Part shown: piece after piece, positions 36,509 to 50,930 of the stretch | Numbering within the stretch: position 1 is the first letter of the stretch | How the letters are laid out: every line of letters starts with the position of its first letter | NCBI GenBank assembly: GCA_021613535.1 | Contig: CP075497.1 | Location: 620,001 to 684,000 of the forward strand | DNA length: 64,000 nucleotides | Origin: Adineta vaga | Lineage: Eukaryota; Animalia; Rotifera | Direction of reading: 5' to 3' | Program-made: the position numbers and the translations under genes | Notes under the pieces: generated by a model | Told to the model about the DNA's origin: nothing | What the model saw: the letters and a program-made list of their open reading frames with translations, nothing else | Databases searched by the model: none

Positions 36509-38594
36509 ATGTGGATCATTTTATTGATAATTATTCAATCGATTGTTAATGTAGAATCAAGTAAAATAATTTGGAATTTTAATTTCAATCATCTAGATTT
36601 GTTTTTTAGTTATCTCTTATAATCTTCCAAACTTCTGTCCAAACGTGATTTGGAATTTGAATGCGACAACTGTTGTAAATGAATCAATGATTGAAGACGG
36701 GCGAAATAATATTTTTATTAGTATTAATAATACTGTTTATGTAACAGATTTTAAGAATCATCGTATTTTGGTGTGGTTTCAAGGAGATAGACAACCGACA
36801 CAAATGAAAATTGATGGACACAATAATCCAAGCAGTTTATTTGTTACAATAAACGGTGATATTTATGTTGAAAATGGCAATAATCAGCGCGTTAATAAGT
36901 GGATATTAAGTACAAAAAGCAGTACAAAAGCAGTGACAGTCAATGAAACATGTTATGGTCTATTTATCGATATAAATAATATGCTTTATTGTTCTGTCTA
37001 TAATCATCATATAGTTGAACAAATATCACTTAATGATAGCATAAATAATCCGAAAATTGTTGCAGGGATATATGGCTATGCTGACAGCACTTCTGATAAG
37101 TTGAGACTTCCTTGGGGAATATATGTTCATACTAATCTCAGTTTATATGTGGCTGATTTTGGAAATCACAGAATTCAACATTTTCCATTAGGAGAAACAA
37201 ATGGTATAACAGTTGTAGGAAATCAAAAGATAAACGGTGTTTCACTTAGCGGTCCAACTGGAATTATTCTCGATGTTAATGATAATTTATTCATTGCAGA
37301 TCAGAACAATAATCGTATTATCAGAACAGGACCGCATGGTGTTCGATGTTTATTTGGATGTTTAAATCAACGAAATTTAACAGCCAATCAACTTAAGCAA
37401 CCAAATGCTCTTGCTTTTGACAATAAAGGAAATATATTTGTTAGTGATATGATAAACAAACGTATTCAAAAGTTTGATTTAATATCAAATAATTGTAGTA
37501 AGTATTTATAATGATTTTAATGATATTTAAATGATTTTTATTTTTTATTTAGATGAAAGTATATCATCACAAGAAATAACAACATCGATATTACAAGAAA
37601 AAGAAATAACAACAGTTAAAGCAACTTCATTAGTAGAATTTCTAAGTAATTATAATTTCTTTTTAAATATGTTTTATAATAATGATATATTTATATTTGA
37701 TGATACGTATAGGTTTAACATCAATTGAAACATCTATTACAACAAAAGAAACTTTAAGTAAGTACATTTTTTCATTAGTTCTTATATATATATCATAGTT
37801 TAATAAATATTCAATTGATTTATCTTTATACAGTTGAACATTTTAATTTATCTTTTATTCCTAAACAATGTAATGATACGAAATATATTGGTTCTATTTG
37901 TAATATTTCAAATAATATTTGTATTACATCTAATCCATGTCAAAATAATGGTACATGTATCAATATCAATAATACCAATATTCTTCATTTTAATTGTTCA
38001 TGTTTATCAGGTTATAATGGTACTTATTGTGAATTTGATCATCGACTTTGTAAACCATATACTTGTTTAAATCATGGTCAATATATATTTCTTTTTAAAA
38101 AACTCCTAAACTCATTTGTTTTATTACATTTAGGTATATGTAATGAATCATCATTAACAAGATTTAATTGTACATGTAATGATGGTTGGCAAGGTATTCA
38201 TTGTGAATCTATGATTAATTATTGTTTATTTAAAAATATAACATGTTTTAATAATGGTATTTGTCGACCATTATTATTAAATTATACATGTGAATGTCTT
38301 GGTAATAATTATTATTCTGGTCGTCATTGTGAAATCAAATCAAAGAAAATATTAATTTTTAAATTTATTTCTAAATCATTTTCTTATATTGTAATTATTG
38401 CTTTAATTATTGTTGTTATGTTTATTGTTATTATGGATATATTAAAATATTGTTTTGGAATTGATCCAGTTGATGAAGAACGACAAAGAATTCGACGACA
38501 AAAACAAATAACAAAACGAAAACGAATCAACATAGCATTGCAATCGCAATCAACTAATATTCCACGTATAACTGTGACAAAAGTAACTGTTTAA
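36509..38594 (+). CDS. Type I membrane protein: signal peptide, NHL-repeat beta-propeller, Thr-rich linker, EGF repeats, TM; multi-exon
   Basis: NHL motifs (LRLPWGIYV..LYVADFGNHRIQ; PNALAFDNKGNIFVSD), EGF motifs (NPCQNNGTC..CSCLSGYNGTYCE), TM YIVIIALIIVVMFIVIM and a basic tail. Confidence 0.85.
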
Positions 38595-39058
38595 CAAAAA
38601 TAAAACATTACATTTTATCATCCATATATTCGAAATATTTTTATTCTCTTATGATTTTTCTTTCAAATAAATCTATTATTTATTCTTACTATAAGCATGT
38701 GGTTATTTTGCCATCTTGAGAGTGTGCATTCACTCACACCCACACCTATACCAATGAAATAATTCAAAAATATATTTTTATCGAGAAAGCGAATCTTATA
38801 TTTGGAGAATTTCACTGTTTTATCTTACTGCTACTATACCAGGTATTTTTGCTGTTACTCCTGATTTATGTAATGCAAATACATCTTTAAACGTCTTAAA
38901 AAGGAAAGAATGTGATGATTCAATTCAGGATGAGTGAAAATATACAATACAGATCCATTTCACTAATCATACTCACACTGTCAAGCAGAATTTCTTAAAA
39001 AGATGTATCTTTTGATAAAGTTATTAGAACAACCGTTCAAATCTATAAAAAAGTCAAT

Positions 39059-39684
39059 TCATAATTTTCTGTTCTTTTTGATTTGACGTTTCAACATGAA
39101 CTTAAACAGTTTTCGATGAACACGCATATAGCACATAATAAAACAGTCAAGATTATGAGAGCACCTATAATAATACCTATCAAACTGGATGTTGAGTTTG
39201 GTTTTTCCCATTGAACTTCTTGGTTATTTATTGAATTATAATGACAAACATCCGACGAGTTTAGCTGGAAAAATACATTAATTCAGATTAGAAGAAAACA
39301 ATACTTAAAATTGATGATGATTGTGCTTACCGGATGTTGTATTAGTGCTGTCTGAAATGCTTTTTCACACGAATCAAATCTCCGTGAGTCATTGACATAA
39401 GCATATTTGATTTCTGTATGATTATTTTCAATGTGAAAGTGAACATACCATTGGAAATAATAACATGTATATATGTAATCCACATTGTCAAGATTATAAG
39501 AGCAGATATCCTTAAAACAGCTTGTAATACGTTCAACAGTGCATAAGGAGGGCCTATAATATCTTTCTCTCCATCTTTCGTGAGAATAGTTCATCGAAAA
39601 GAATACCACAAATCCAATGCCGAAAGCCAGACACATTAAGAAGTAGCAAGAACCGCCCAAATAATGAGAATCGCATTTACCCAT
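39059..39684 (-). CDS. Two-TM membrane protein with Cys-containing extracellular loop (BK-beta/TipE-like topology); 2 exons
   Basis: TM1 FLMCLAFGIGFVVFF, a loop with several Cys, an intron at about 39265-39330, and TM2 LIGIIIGALIILTVLLCAI followed by a basic tail. The family assignment is tentative. Confidence 0.55.
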
Positions 39685-42600
39685 GACAAAATGTACAGTT
39701 CTTTGTCTGATCAAAGTTTTAAAAGTTGTTTCATGGTAATTTATATTTATAGCCTTTTTTTTAAAGAAAGTAGATACTTAATGAGTCAGTTTATTTTACT
39801 TATGCGATATCAAGAATTTTTCTCTAATTTGCGCACATCTATTTTAGATACTTTTCAATTCTTATCATTATATCTATTCGTCGATCAAACAGAAATGACG
39901 GCAACGTTTTTGAAAAAGAAAAACGAGTAGTCTCTTGTTTTGTTTTATCAGGATGAAGAATGAAACAAAAATGAATATTTTTCATACCTTTTATAATTTC
40001 AATTAATAAACTGTAAATTTCAATGATAAAATATCTTGTGAACATATCAGTCTGCATGCACATATGGCTTTAGAGAATATGTATGTGTGGTCTACTTTTC
40101 AAAAATAGGTTTAATCACATAAAGCGATCTAGAAAAATGATGCTCTAATTACAAAGATGTATTCAAATATAAAATTAGAAAACTTCAGTTAATTTCTTAT
40201 TTGTTTTGCTGAAGTATGTATTCTCAATTATATACTACAGAAAACAAATCCAGATCTATCTCAGACGCTGATATAGTTCGCAACAATTGATTGAACACAA
40301 CGACAAGAAAAATAAGAAGAGTAACTAATTTATGTAATCAACAAACATTATCAATTGATTACTAATCATCTATAGAGTCAACTGACCTATACAACAATTG
40401 TGATATCATTTAATTCGAACAGATAACAAACGAAATCAAACAAAAGTAAACAAAACTACTGGTATTATGATATTCTCAAAAACCTTTTCGTTCATGGAGT
40501 GGAGAATCTCAAATTGTTACCAGTTTTCAAATACTCTATGTAAAAGTTTTCGCAATTTCATATTCTAACTGAGAGTTTACTTGCGTTGAGAGATGTTCGA
40601 AAATTGTCATCTATTAGGAAGAATCAGTGTTTTTCTCAAGTTCTTTCATATCTTAAATATTAGATATTTACTTTTCGCTGAAGATTTTGAAGTGATAACA
40701 ATTCTGTGCATGACAAACATCATTGAAGAACACCATTTAAAGCAGTAACACTCACCAATCGTTGTTGCTTCAGCATCTTCAGCTAAAACTAAATATCTTA
40801 TATCTAATATCTGCTGACTATTTTTCTCCATATAAAGGTGTAACTATTAGTGGCTTATTCACTATATGTGGAAATTTGAAAGTTTCATAAAAAGGTAAAT
40901 ATTTGATATCTGGATATCTACTAAATTGTCAGACATATAGATAGACAACTATCATCGATTTATTCGCTCGACAATTGAAATGGAAAATTTTCATAGAAAT
41001 GTAAATATCTAAACTATACGATCTGCGACGACAGTTTTCAAGAAGCAAGCCAAATGAGTGATTTCTAGCACGATGTGAAATATCAAATATAAGGCTGTTC
41101 GCGAAAACTCGTAACAGTTTGAGGTTCCCCACCTCTTCATTTCGTTGATCACGTACATATAAGTGCATGTAACCTTGATGCGATTCTTTCTCCAGATCTG
41201 AGTCAATTATGTAGGATGTCGAAATGAAATTTTAGAACAATTAATCGTTTTTCATAGGAGTAAGCCATCGAAACAAATACGTGTTTTCATATAATTCCTT
41301 TAACGATTCACTCTGATCCAAATACACGTAATATTCGATTTTAAACAAATCTTTTTACGTATAAAATCATGATTAAGAATGATCTGGTCATAGTTTGCAA
41401 GGTTTTAATAGTGGTATAGATGGTGATTGTTTTCTAACTCTAACATACATTCTGGAAAATATACATGTACGTGTGGATGTGGGTGTAGATGAAAGTATAG
41501 AATTCATGCCCACCTAGGGTCCGATTGATCCTATATTTTCTGAAATCTTCTATCCGTTGCGTATATTTTAGTCAGTATTGATATATTTTTTAGAGCTTTG
41601 AAGGGCTCTATCGACATATAATCAAAAATTGAAAATCGACTGAAATATGAAAGAAAGGGTTAGACAGCGTTAGAATCATCGGCTTGAGATGTAAAAAGCT
41701 TGTCATTCTGTCCTATCCAATCAGAATTCACTATTCTATAAGCTCGTAAAAACTGATCTTAGTCGCCGTAAAACGTTTCGCCGTAGAGTAATCGTAGTCG
41801 AGGAACACGAATCTGACGTTAGTTTTACTTAATTACTTATTAATTAAGTAGCTAATTAGCAAATGATGAATTCTAATATTTCATATAAAGTTCGACAAAA
41901 GGATAATCGAGATCGTGGGATTGAAATCCTTTATAGTAATACAAAGTCAGTGCCTTTTGAAGAGAAGACCAAAGGAAATTTACTTATTCGTTTTGGAAAT
42001 GAATCAAAAGTGAACGAAAGAATGAAGGCCGATGAATGACTAGACGCTGATTTAGAGAGTGATACTTCAGAATAGGGATATGAATGACTTTCATGTGCTT
42101 TGGACGTTTCTTCGAACGCACTTAGTTGATGATCTACGAGAGCGAATCCGACAAAGTTCTGTTCCCTGAAAATGAAAATAGAATTTACACTAGAAACGAC
42201 GCGATCATGCAAATTTTTAAGTTTTCGGTTATGAATTGATCTACTATGATGAGCGAATCTCTCACATTACACTCATATGATTGAAAGGAAAATAAGTATG
42301 GGTAATGCATTTTTGAGGAGTATCAAGTGATCAGATCCATGAATATTTACAAACAGCACTTGTTTTTGCTTTTCTGTTTCAATAAATGATTTAATGATAC
42401 TTTGAAATGGTGAAAAGATCAAAAAACACTTTTGAAAAAGTTTATGCATAAAGTTCGCTTAGCCCGAGATCCGGTCAAGTCTAGGTCTAGCTTGCGGGTG
42501 TTGCTGAGCACTATTTTCATTTTAATGGAATGGAAAAATTTTCAAGGATTCCCATTAAGAATTCGGAATTTGTTCCAAAAATACGGTGTGTGGGGCTACA

Positions 42601-42812
42601 GGGTTTGTATACCTATATTTATTTGTTGATACTTTTTGTTTTTCTAAAATGATATTGAAGAAAATAGAAATTTGTTTTTTATTCAAGAATTCCGATATGT
42701 TCGATTTTGTTCGTTTTATTATTTAAAATGATATATGGAAAAAAATTGAAGAAAGTCATTGTGTCATATTATCTTACGATGAATTCAACTTTTTAATTTT
42801 AAATTAAATTAT

Positions 42813-43798
42813 TTAACCATTGAATTCAATATTGAATTTTTGTACTCGATGATTTTCGTTATCGACGACATAGAGATTACCGTGTCGATCGAATGACAAA
42901 CCCACGGGACCATTCAATTGGTTTGATTGACTTCCTCTACCATTTCCACCAACAATCACACTTCCTTCTGTGGCTCCTTTTGACCAACGCATGATTCGAT
43001 CATTCACCATATCAGCCACATATACAGTGCCCAATTGATCGACAATGACTCCTCCAGGATATGATAATTGTGTAAGACCATTTCCTTTATCTTGACCACC
43101 AGCCACAACAATGCCTTGTTTTGCACCTTCTATCCATTTCATCACACGAGCATTTCCCCATTCAGACACGTAGACTGAATGATCTCGATCGACAAATATG
43201 TAGTGTGGGTTAGAGAGTTGATCGAGACGATTTCCATTTCCATTGCCACCTGCAACCACTCTTCCTTCAGATTCTCCTCTTTCATATCGTCTCACTTCAT
43301 CTTTTCTATCATCAACAATATAGAGAGATCCATTCTTGTCCATTGTCAAACCCACACAAGCGATATTGGAGATGATGATTTCTCCACTTGTTCCATTTTG
43401 ACAAGGCCATCGAATCACTCTTCTATTCGAATGGTCGCAGATGATGAGACTATCTCTCTCTTTATCAATAATCACATCGAGTGGGTTGTAGAATTGATGA
43501 TCTCCACTTCCTTCTTGATTTCCACCGGCAATCACTTGGCCACTCTTTGCACCCGATTTCCATTTCACAATACGGTGATTTGATGATCAGTGACATAGAC
43601 ATTTTGATCATCATCAACATACAAACCCAATGGATATGAGAGTTGATTGATTCCATTGCCTTGTCCATTTCCTCCAGCAACAGTAATACCATTTTGTTTC
43701 CATCGAGCATTTCGATGAATATCAGTTGAACTTGCGCGTAATGGAATAAATTCTATCATAATAAGAAGAATACAGAATAAAATTATTATTATTATCAT
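42813..43798 (-). pseudogene. Secreted NHL-repeat protein with a 1-nt frameshift at about 43583
   Basis: A signal peptide and the first NHL repeat lie in ORF 43565-43798, and the remaining repeats in 42813-43568. Adding one T restores VTDHSNHRIVKWK. Confidence 0.75.
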
Positions 43799-43997
43799 CG
43801 AGTTTTAAAATAATATAAATATAATAAGTAGTATACTATATATATATATATTATCTTTTTTTATTTATTTATCTATTGTTTTTTTCTATTATGCTATCGT
43901 CTCTAGAATGAGAGAAGAATAAAATGGATGCATATATATATGAAATTTTTTTATGAACTTTCTATTCTTTTCTCATAGAATATAATACGTACTTTTT

Positions 43998-44508
43998 CCC
44001 TCGACTGTAACGAGGGTCATATGAAATAAAATAGTTTGTCTGTTTGCACGGGGTCAAAGGTCAAACACATATTATCGCACATTTTGGTGGTATTCATGGG
44101 TTCTCGTAAGGCGCATTTTAGGGGTATGCACGGGTCTTCAAGTCGCGCAATTTCGCGGTATCCATGGTCCTTATGTAGATCATTTTCCGGGTGACCAAGA
44201 ATCTTCATGTCACCCACTGTGGGTATGCTGATGGATCCCCATGTGGCCTACTATTGTCGCACCCCGGGGTCTTTATCTGGCGCATTTTGAGGGTACCCAC
44301 AGATCCTCAAGTCCTATACTATGGGGATATCCATAGGTCCTCATGCGGCGTGTTTGGGGGATACACAGCAATCGTTGAATCGCATTTTGTTTCGAAAATC
44401 ATAATTTAAATTTGAACAAAATTTGAATTGTGCCTTCCTACAAAGATGCTAGGCTAGTTCGTATTAGCATCGAGACAGAAAACTAGTTCTTTGTTACACA
44501 GTCGAGGA
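43998..44508. mobile_element. Putative MITE with imperfect TIRs
   Basis: Ends CCCTCGACTGTAAC / GTTACACAGTCGAGGA, with a GC-richer interior carrying repeated CGCATTTT motifs. No clear TSD. Confidence 0.45.
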
Positions 44509-44788
44509 TGAAGTGAGTCGCAATGACGAACGTTACTTGTAGTATATGTTGTTATTAATGTTATTGATTCTAAATTTTCAAATAAAAGTGTAGATTTGAA
44601 ATGTGCCTGATTTCCTCAATGCTTCCATAGATTGTTACAAATGGCAGAAAAAGGAGATACGAAACTCTCGTTGCCATAGAACAGAAGGAAAAAACTTAAC
44701 GCCATATATTATGTCTAATCAGTGTTGCAGGAGCATGACGTCTTGATATATTACGGCTTTGCTGGAAAATCCTTGGAAAACTAATTAT

Positions 44789-44870
44789 CGAGGGTGTGGG
44801 TGGGCATGAGTATTCGCCTGATTCTCACTCACATGACACGCTCACGTCCACCCACACCCACACCCTCAAG
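44789..44870. repeat. Telomere-like hairpin element abutting the 21-bp minisatellite
   Basis: GAGGGTGTGGGTGGG...CCCACACCCACACCCTCAAG. Confidence 0.75.
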
Positions 44871-45338
44871 ATAGATTTCACCTGGATTACGATGGATTTC
44901 ACTCAGATTACGATGGATTTCATCCGGATTTTGATGGATTTCACTCAGATTACGATAGATTTCATCCGGATTTTGATGGATTTCACTCAGATTACGATAG
45001 ATTTCACCTGGATTACGATGGATTTCACCCGGATTTTGATGGATTTCACCGGATTTTGATGGATTTCACCTAGATTACGATGGATTTCACCTAGATTACG
45101 ATGGATTTCACCTAGATTACGATGGATTTCATCCGGATTTTGATGGATTTCACTCAGATTACGATGGATTTCATCCGGATTTTGATGGATTTCACTCAGA
45201 TTATGATAGATTTCACCTGGATTACGATAGATTTCATCCGGATTTTGATGGATTCCAGCTGGATTTTGACGGATTTCACTCAGATTACGATGGATTTCAC
45301 CTAGATTACGATGGATTTCACTCAGATTACGATGGATT
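44871..45338. repeat. 21-bp tandem minisatellite, about 22 copies
   Basis: Unit GATGGATTTCACTCAGATTAC with variants GATGGATTTCATCCGGATTTT and GATGGATTTCACCTAGATTAC. Confidence 0.95.
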
Positions 45339-45339
45339 A

Positions 45340-45605
45340 CACCGGCATTCCACCATTAATCCATTGGATTGCACCATTAAGTTGCACGTGGATTGCACCA
45401 TTCATCGGTTGAATTGCATCTGGATTGGACCATTCATCCGTTGAATTGCATCTGGATTGCACTATTGAACCATTGGATTGCATCATTAAGTTGCACGTGG
45501 ATTGCACCATTGATCCAATAAATTGCACCTGGAGTGCACCAATGAACCATTGGATTGCACCATTAGGTTGAACCTGGATTGCACCATTAGTCGATTGGGT
45601 TGCTG
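45340..45605. repeat. Degenerate tandem repeat of GGATTGCACCATT / TTGCACxTGG motifs
   Basis: Roughly ten GGATTGCA(C/T)C-type motifs directly follow the 21-bp array. Confidence 0.75.
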
Positions 45606-46765
45606 TAGAAATCTTGATTAGGCTGAGATTGTAGAATTGCCAAAGCCACCTCTATATATATACCCCTCGGTGCAATCTGGATTGGATTAAGATTATTGAA
45701 TTAAATGGATTTTTCTTCGGTATTTGGATTGGAGATTTTTGAGAAAATTATTTACCAGTATTTGTCGTTTGGCGTGAACTTGATGGATGAATAGTAGATG
45801 ATTTGTTTGAAAAAGGGAAAGTATTTAAAAGAGTGTTTTTTAGGTAATATGCAGTTTGTTTCAAGGTAGGTTTTGGATAGTTTTTCTGACGCTCCCGCAG
45901 CAACGTATTGGATATTGTGAAAATCAAAATATCTATTAAGTATTAATGAGGATGATGCTATATGGTAATATTTGAAATGGGTTTGTTTTTTATTGGAATA
46001 GTTATTTTAATCTAGATTGACTCGAAGATTTCGTGTGTTTTGGGAATTACAGTTTACATCGGATGTTGACGATGTGACTCATGGTTGGATGCTTTTTATG
46101 ATGAGAGTAGTAGGGTATTCTCTGATAAGATTGTAAAATATAAAATTTAAACGTGTTTGATTGAATGAATTTGTAAAACAGAACGGTTACGATCATACGT
46201 AAAAATGGATTAACAATCCTTACTTTAATCATATTCTTGGTAATTTAGAATGCGGTAAAAGCGATTTGTCTTATATTAATAAATTGAAACAAACTACCTC
46301 AGATTAATAATTGGATTATAAGCAATCAAAAGTAGCAACTTAATCAAATCTATTCTTATGTGAAACTTTATCACAGACTGAATTGTTCAGTCTAGGACTT
46401 CTTTCGAACAATTGATTTTAATCAGAATATCAACGTTTTCCTTTCTTTGACTGAGTGTATTGATACACAACTCTGGTAATACAGAGACATCTGTTGTTTT
46501 AATGTATACGTATTATTTTATTTCCGTTTAAGAGAAAATTAAGTTTTGTGAAAAAAGACTCATTTTCATTTGGTTTCAATTAAAACTTGTGAAAATTTCT
46601 GATGATTATTAATCATTAACCTCCCCCGATTTTCTCGAATGATAACTAATTCGTCTATCGGAATCAAGAAATATACTCGAATAGTGTAGTGATACGTATT
46701 AGAATTTTCTTTGTATAGCTATAGACTTCGTCTTTTAGATTGTTTCATTTAAATCTTTATTACCA

Positions 46766-47722
46766 ATGGTTCGTAAAAAACTTATTAAAAGAAATTTAAT
46801 TGATGAAGAAAAAGAAAATAACAATCAACATCTTGAATTAGAAAATAAGATAAACTATGTTACAACAGGTATAATTTCAAATTTTTTCTAATAAACTTAA
46901 ATTTATAAATGGATTTAGAACGTGAAGTTTCTGGTGGTCAAAAACGACCGATTGAATTAGTTGATTTAAATTTGATGGACGAAAAGGATGCGGAAATTAT
47001 CAAGTTAAAAAAACGATGTTTTGATTTAGAACAACGTATTGAAGTTTTAGAAAAAACTTCATTAGGTAATTTTATCAGTTCGAATTCTATTGTAATTACT
47101 AGTTTTTGTTTTAGTAATTCCACAAGATATGAGTATTAATCAAGAATTGTTTGGTGATATTTCACTCTTTTCAAATGATAGTAATAATAATATTATGATT
47201 GTCGATAATACTGATTCAATTGTAGCTAATGTTGATAATACTATCACATTCAAGGACGACATTAATTTAGTTAATAATGATGATGCTTCAAAAATGAATA
47301 GTAATATTTCATTGAATGATAGTGATATGATGACAACAAATAATAATGATGAGAAAAAGGAAATTCTTCCTACAACATTTATTATTGATGATGTTACATT
47401 ATTTTCATTAAAACAACAAAGTGCTACATCTACTGCTCGTTCTATATTGAAGTATTTGTATCCAAATCCAGAGATTGATTTTAATTTATCAAATTTGAAG
47501 AAATCACTGATTAATGAAATCATTGGTTAGTTCATTTTTTTTGTTTTTATAAACTATTTGTTTTTTTAAAATATAGATCGTGTATTGAAGTTACATTCAG
47601 ATGAATCAACAACAACGACAAAGATTAAACATGCAATGTCGAATTATTTTGGTTCACTCAATTACCGGAAGAGAAACAATTTAAATAAGACAAAGAAAAA
47701 TAAAAAAGTCAAAACTTCTTAA
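46766..47722 (+). CDS. Coiled-coil + BEN-domain-like protein (probable transposon accessory gene); exons 46766-46868, 46919-47065, 47115-47525, 47577-47722
   Basis: Three phase-1 GT-AG introns give a clean ORF with a coiled coil (EIIKLKKRCFDLEQRIEVLE) and a C-terminal SATSTARSILKYLYP...LINEII|DRV...KIKHAMSNYF..YRKR helical pattern. Confidence 0.65.
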
Positions 47723-48661
47723 AGAAAGATAAGAATGATTTTATTCATGTTTTGAAATTTGGAAATGCTTTTCTTTTTCTACTTTATATCCTTATCAATA
47801 TCTATTGGTTTTCTTATTGAAATTTCTTAGAAGAATGATCACAATGTAAATTAGATTGTTCTTCTAACTTCTTCTATTCATTATGTTATTATTCCTGTTT
47901 TACTTTTTTTTTCTTTATTCGTCGATGGTGATGTTTATTGTACTTTTCTTATTATGCATCATTAGATGTTTTTTTAAACTCACATAAGATTTATTGAAAA
48001 TATTTGCATTCCAGAAGTGATTGTTTTATGAAAAGAAAGCATTACAAGTTTAGAAATAAAACTTTTAAAAAGTCAAGACTTTAATTTCGTTATTTTGCAA
48101 TATTATCAATATATGAGATAACATTATGTTTATATATTTTTCTTCTATTCCCTCACCTCAGTATTGAACTGTTGATTCTTTGCTGGTTCATTCTCGAATT
48201 CATTGTATTATTAATCTGACCAATATTAAAAATAAAATTCATGTAGAATAAGACTAAATGTATAATCGGCAAAGTAAACATTGAGATGAGAAAAAGAAAA
48301 AGTTTATAGATCAAAGAGACAATTTGAACTAATATTTGTTTCCATATAAAACCTATAGTTTACTTTAAATTGTTAAATAATTCATGCTCGCTTAATTCTC
48401 TATTGATTTATATGATAAACTACTGGTTAGTCAATTCAATATCTTGTCCTAAATTACCAAAAGAGTTGATTTCTTTGATTAAAAATATATGTTAATGATA
48501 GACAAAAAAAGAAAAAAACGGAAAAACTTGAAAATCAAATTCATATTCAACATAATTGAGCAGTGCTTATATTAATACAAGCAGATCTTCTTGATTATCT
48601 AGAAGAAAAGTTTCCAAGAAGATCAATAATAGCTCAATAATAATTGAATATAAGAAAACCA

Positions 48662-50930
48662 TTAAATGTCATTGTTTATATTTTGTTCTTGAATTTGTAT
48701 TAATTTTTTTGCCAGTGCCTTTTTTTGTCTTTTTCGTTCGTCAATTAGGAAATCACACATTCTTGGTCGTATTAATTTAGAATAGCAAGTATCATAATGT
48801 AGGACAGATATTCTGTATTTAACTCGAACAGCTTCTAAAGAAAAAAAGACGTTCACAATTAACAATCTTTATTAATACATTTGCGATTTGTAACATAGAA
48901 TATAGCGAATATTTAAATCTCCTGAAACCGTATTGAATTAAGTAAAGTCATTCCTTCCACAACCAATAACTAATTAAAACAATATTATCTTATTCGCTTT
49001 TAGTTAAACTTTTAATGAAAATATTCGTTAAACGCAATTTTTGAGAACTAAATCAGTTAGTAACTATAAGATAATCTATTAAAATTACTCTTCTCATGGA
49101 CTTTTTTTGCATTGAATTCTATGTATTTTGAATATTTTTGTTTAAAAATGCTCTCATATTCAATTGAAACTACATACCATGAAATATTCCAAAACGTTGA
49201 GGATCCAACGCTGGTCGTGCTAAATGACTTCTATCAGGTGGTAAAATAGAAGAACTTAATTCTTCTGGTGTATATAAAACTCCTAACACCTGTCTTCCGA
49301 AATCATAGATATCTCTCCCTCGACTCTCTAAAAGATTTTTATCTTTATACATCTAAAAGAAACAGGATAATTCATCATTAAAAAACAAATATAAAAGAAC
49401 CCTTACGACTGTAGTAGGAAAAACTTCGTTTTTCTCTCGATAACTATCCAAATTTTGATACACCTAAAGTAACAAAAATATATTGAATTCAGCAGTCTCA
49501 CGATTGTGTATTATTTACTGCACAAGGAATTAACTGATCTAACTTTCTGGTAAAATTAGAAAATTTCTTTTCCATTCTTTGTAAAATCGTCTGATGCATG
49601 TCATCAATTGTTTGATACATCAATCGAGCTAGAAAATATACAAAACAATTCCAAAAAATAAATCCAATAGTATTAGCTTTAAAATGATTAAATAATAACA
49701 TTATGATTGACAATCCAGCTTGAATAGTTACACATACTTTGTATAGTTTCATTTTCTTCATTATTCTGATTCTGATTGACTAAAACGTCATCTAAAATGT
49801 AAATTATGACTATATTAATGCATATAATTAAATGACAGTTTTACTTCGAACAATAGAATTATCAGATAAACGATCAGATTCTAAATGAAGTACATTATAT
49901 TTATATTTAAAATCATCATGAAAACATTTACTTGTTTTTTTCTTTGATACATCTTTTTGTGTTTTGGAACTAGTGATGTTTTTTACAAGAGAATTTAAAT
50001 AATATTCTTTACAAATTTATTTCTTATTTAAAGTACATATATAACTGTTTTGTCATTATAAATTTTATTTTCTACTCGAAAGAAATTATATTTAATATAA
50101 ATCTTTTCTCCAAAGAAATACCTTCTTCAATATATTTACCATCATTATCTTCGACTATCAATGAAGAGAGTTTTCTTTTTTTTGTTACAATTGGTTCTTC
50201 TATATAAAGGAAATGGAAAAAATTATTATTATCATTTGTTTAAGAAACATCAACATACTGGGTATTGCATCTGGACTCTTACTTTCATTCATTTGATCAT
50301 CATCTTCCTCTTCTTGATCATTGATTTGATCTAAAGAATTGAATGCAAATATTGGATTATCATTAGAAAAAAATCATAATGCTTGTGATGTAATCAAGCA
50401 AAATGATATAAAAACTATTACTTTCTTCATCATCATCATCATTTTCTTCTTCTCCTTTTAAATATTCATACATATTATTACATTCAGTATATGTACCTAT
50501 GATCAAAATAAAAAGTTCTATTAATTTATTATGATTTTCAATAGAATAAAAATACGTGCGTGACATAAGAATTTAAAAATCTAGCTTAGAAATTGTGCGA
50601 ATATTACTTTTTAAATATAATTTAATATAGGCATATGAGTACGATGCAACTTAATATTTAATTTTTCGTATAATTCAATATTACCACTGACTTTTTTCAG
50701 AATGATAAAATCCATCTCTTACCTTTAGCTTCAATTGTTGCAAATCGACGTTTCGAACCTGTCCCAACAATTGCTTTATCTTCAATGATTGATCTAATAC
50801 TTGAACGTTTAACAACAACTAATTCATTATTATCTTCAAAACGTAATAAATAATTTTCTTGACTGTATAGAGTTGGTTGTGATGGTGAATACTTGTGAGG
50901 TGCATTTTTTACACGAGGAGATCGAAGCAT
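48662..50930 (-). CDS. Multi-exon protein with acidic low-complexity middle and C-terminal BEN-domain-like region (probable transposon accessory gene)
   Basis: The 5' exon begins MLRSPRVKNAPHKYSPS. C-terminal exons read DIYDFGRQVLGVLYTPEELSSSIL...RPALDPQRFGIFH|EAVRVKY...IRPRMCDFLIDERKR. Internal exon boundaries are not fully resolved. Confidence 0.6.

Noticed and set aside
41511-42605. Possible transposon remnant between the two-TM gene and the NHL gene
   Set aside because: The composition looks repeat-like, but I found no convincing TIR pair, TSD or transposase motif.
44871-45338. Possible CRISPR array
   Set aside because: The units are contiguous 21-mers with no unique spacers, there are no cas genes, and the context is eukaryotic. 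ORFs 44796-45059 and 45122-45304 are just translations of the repeat.
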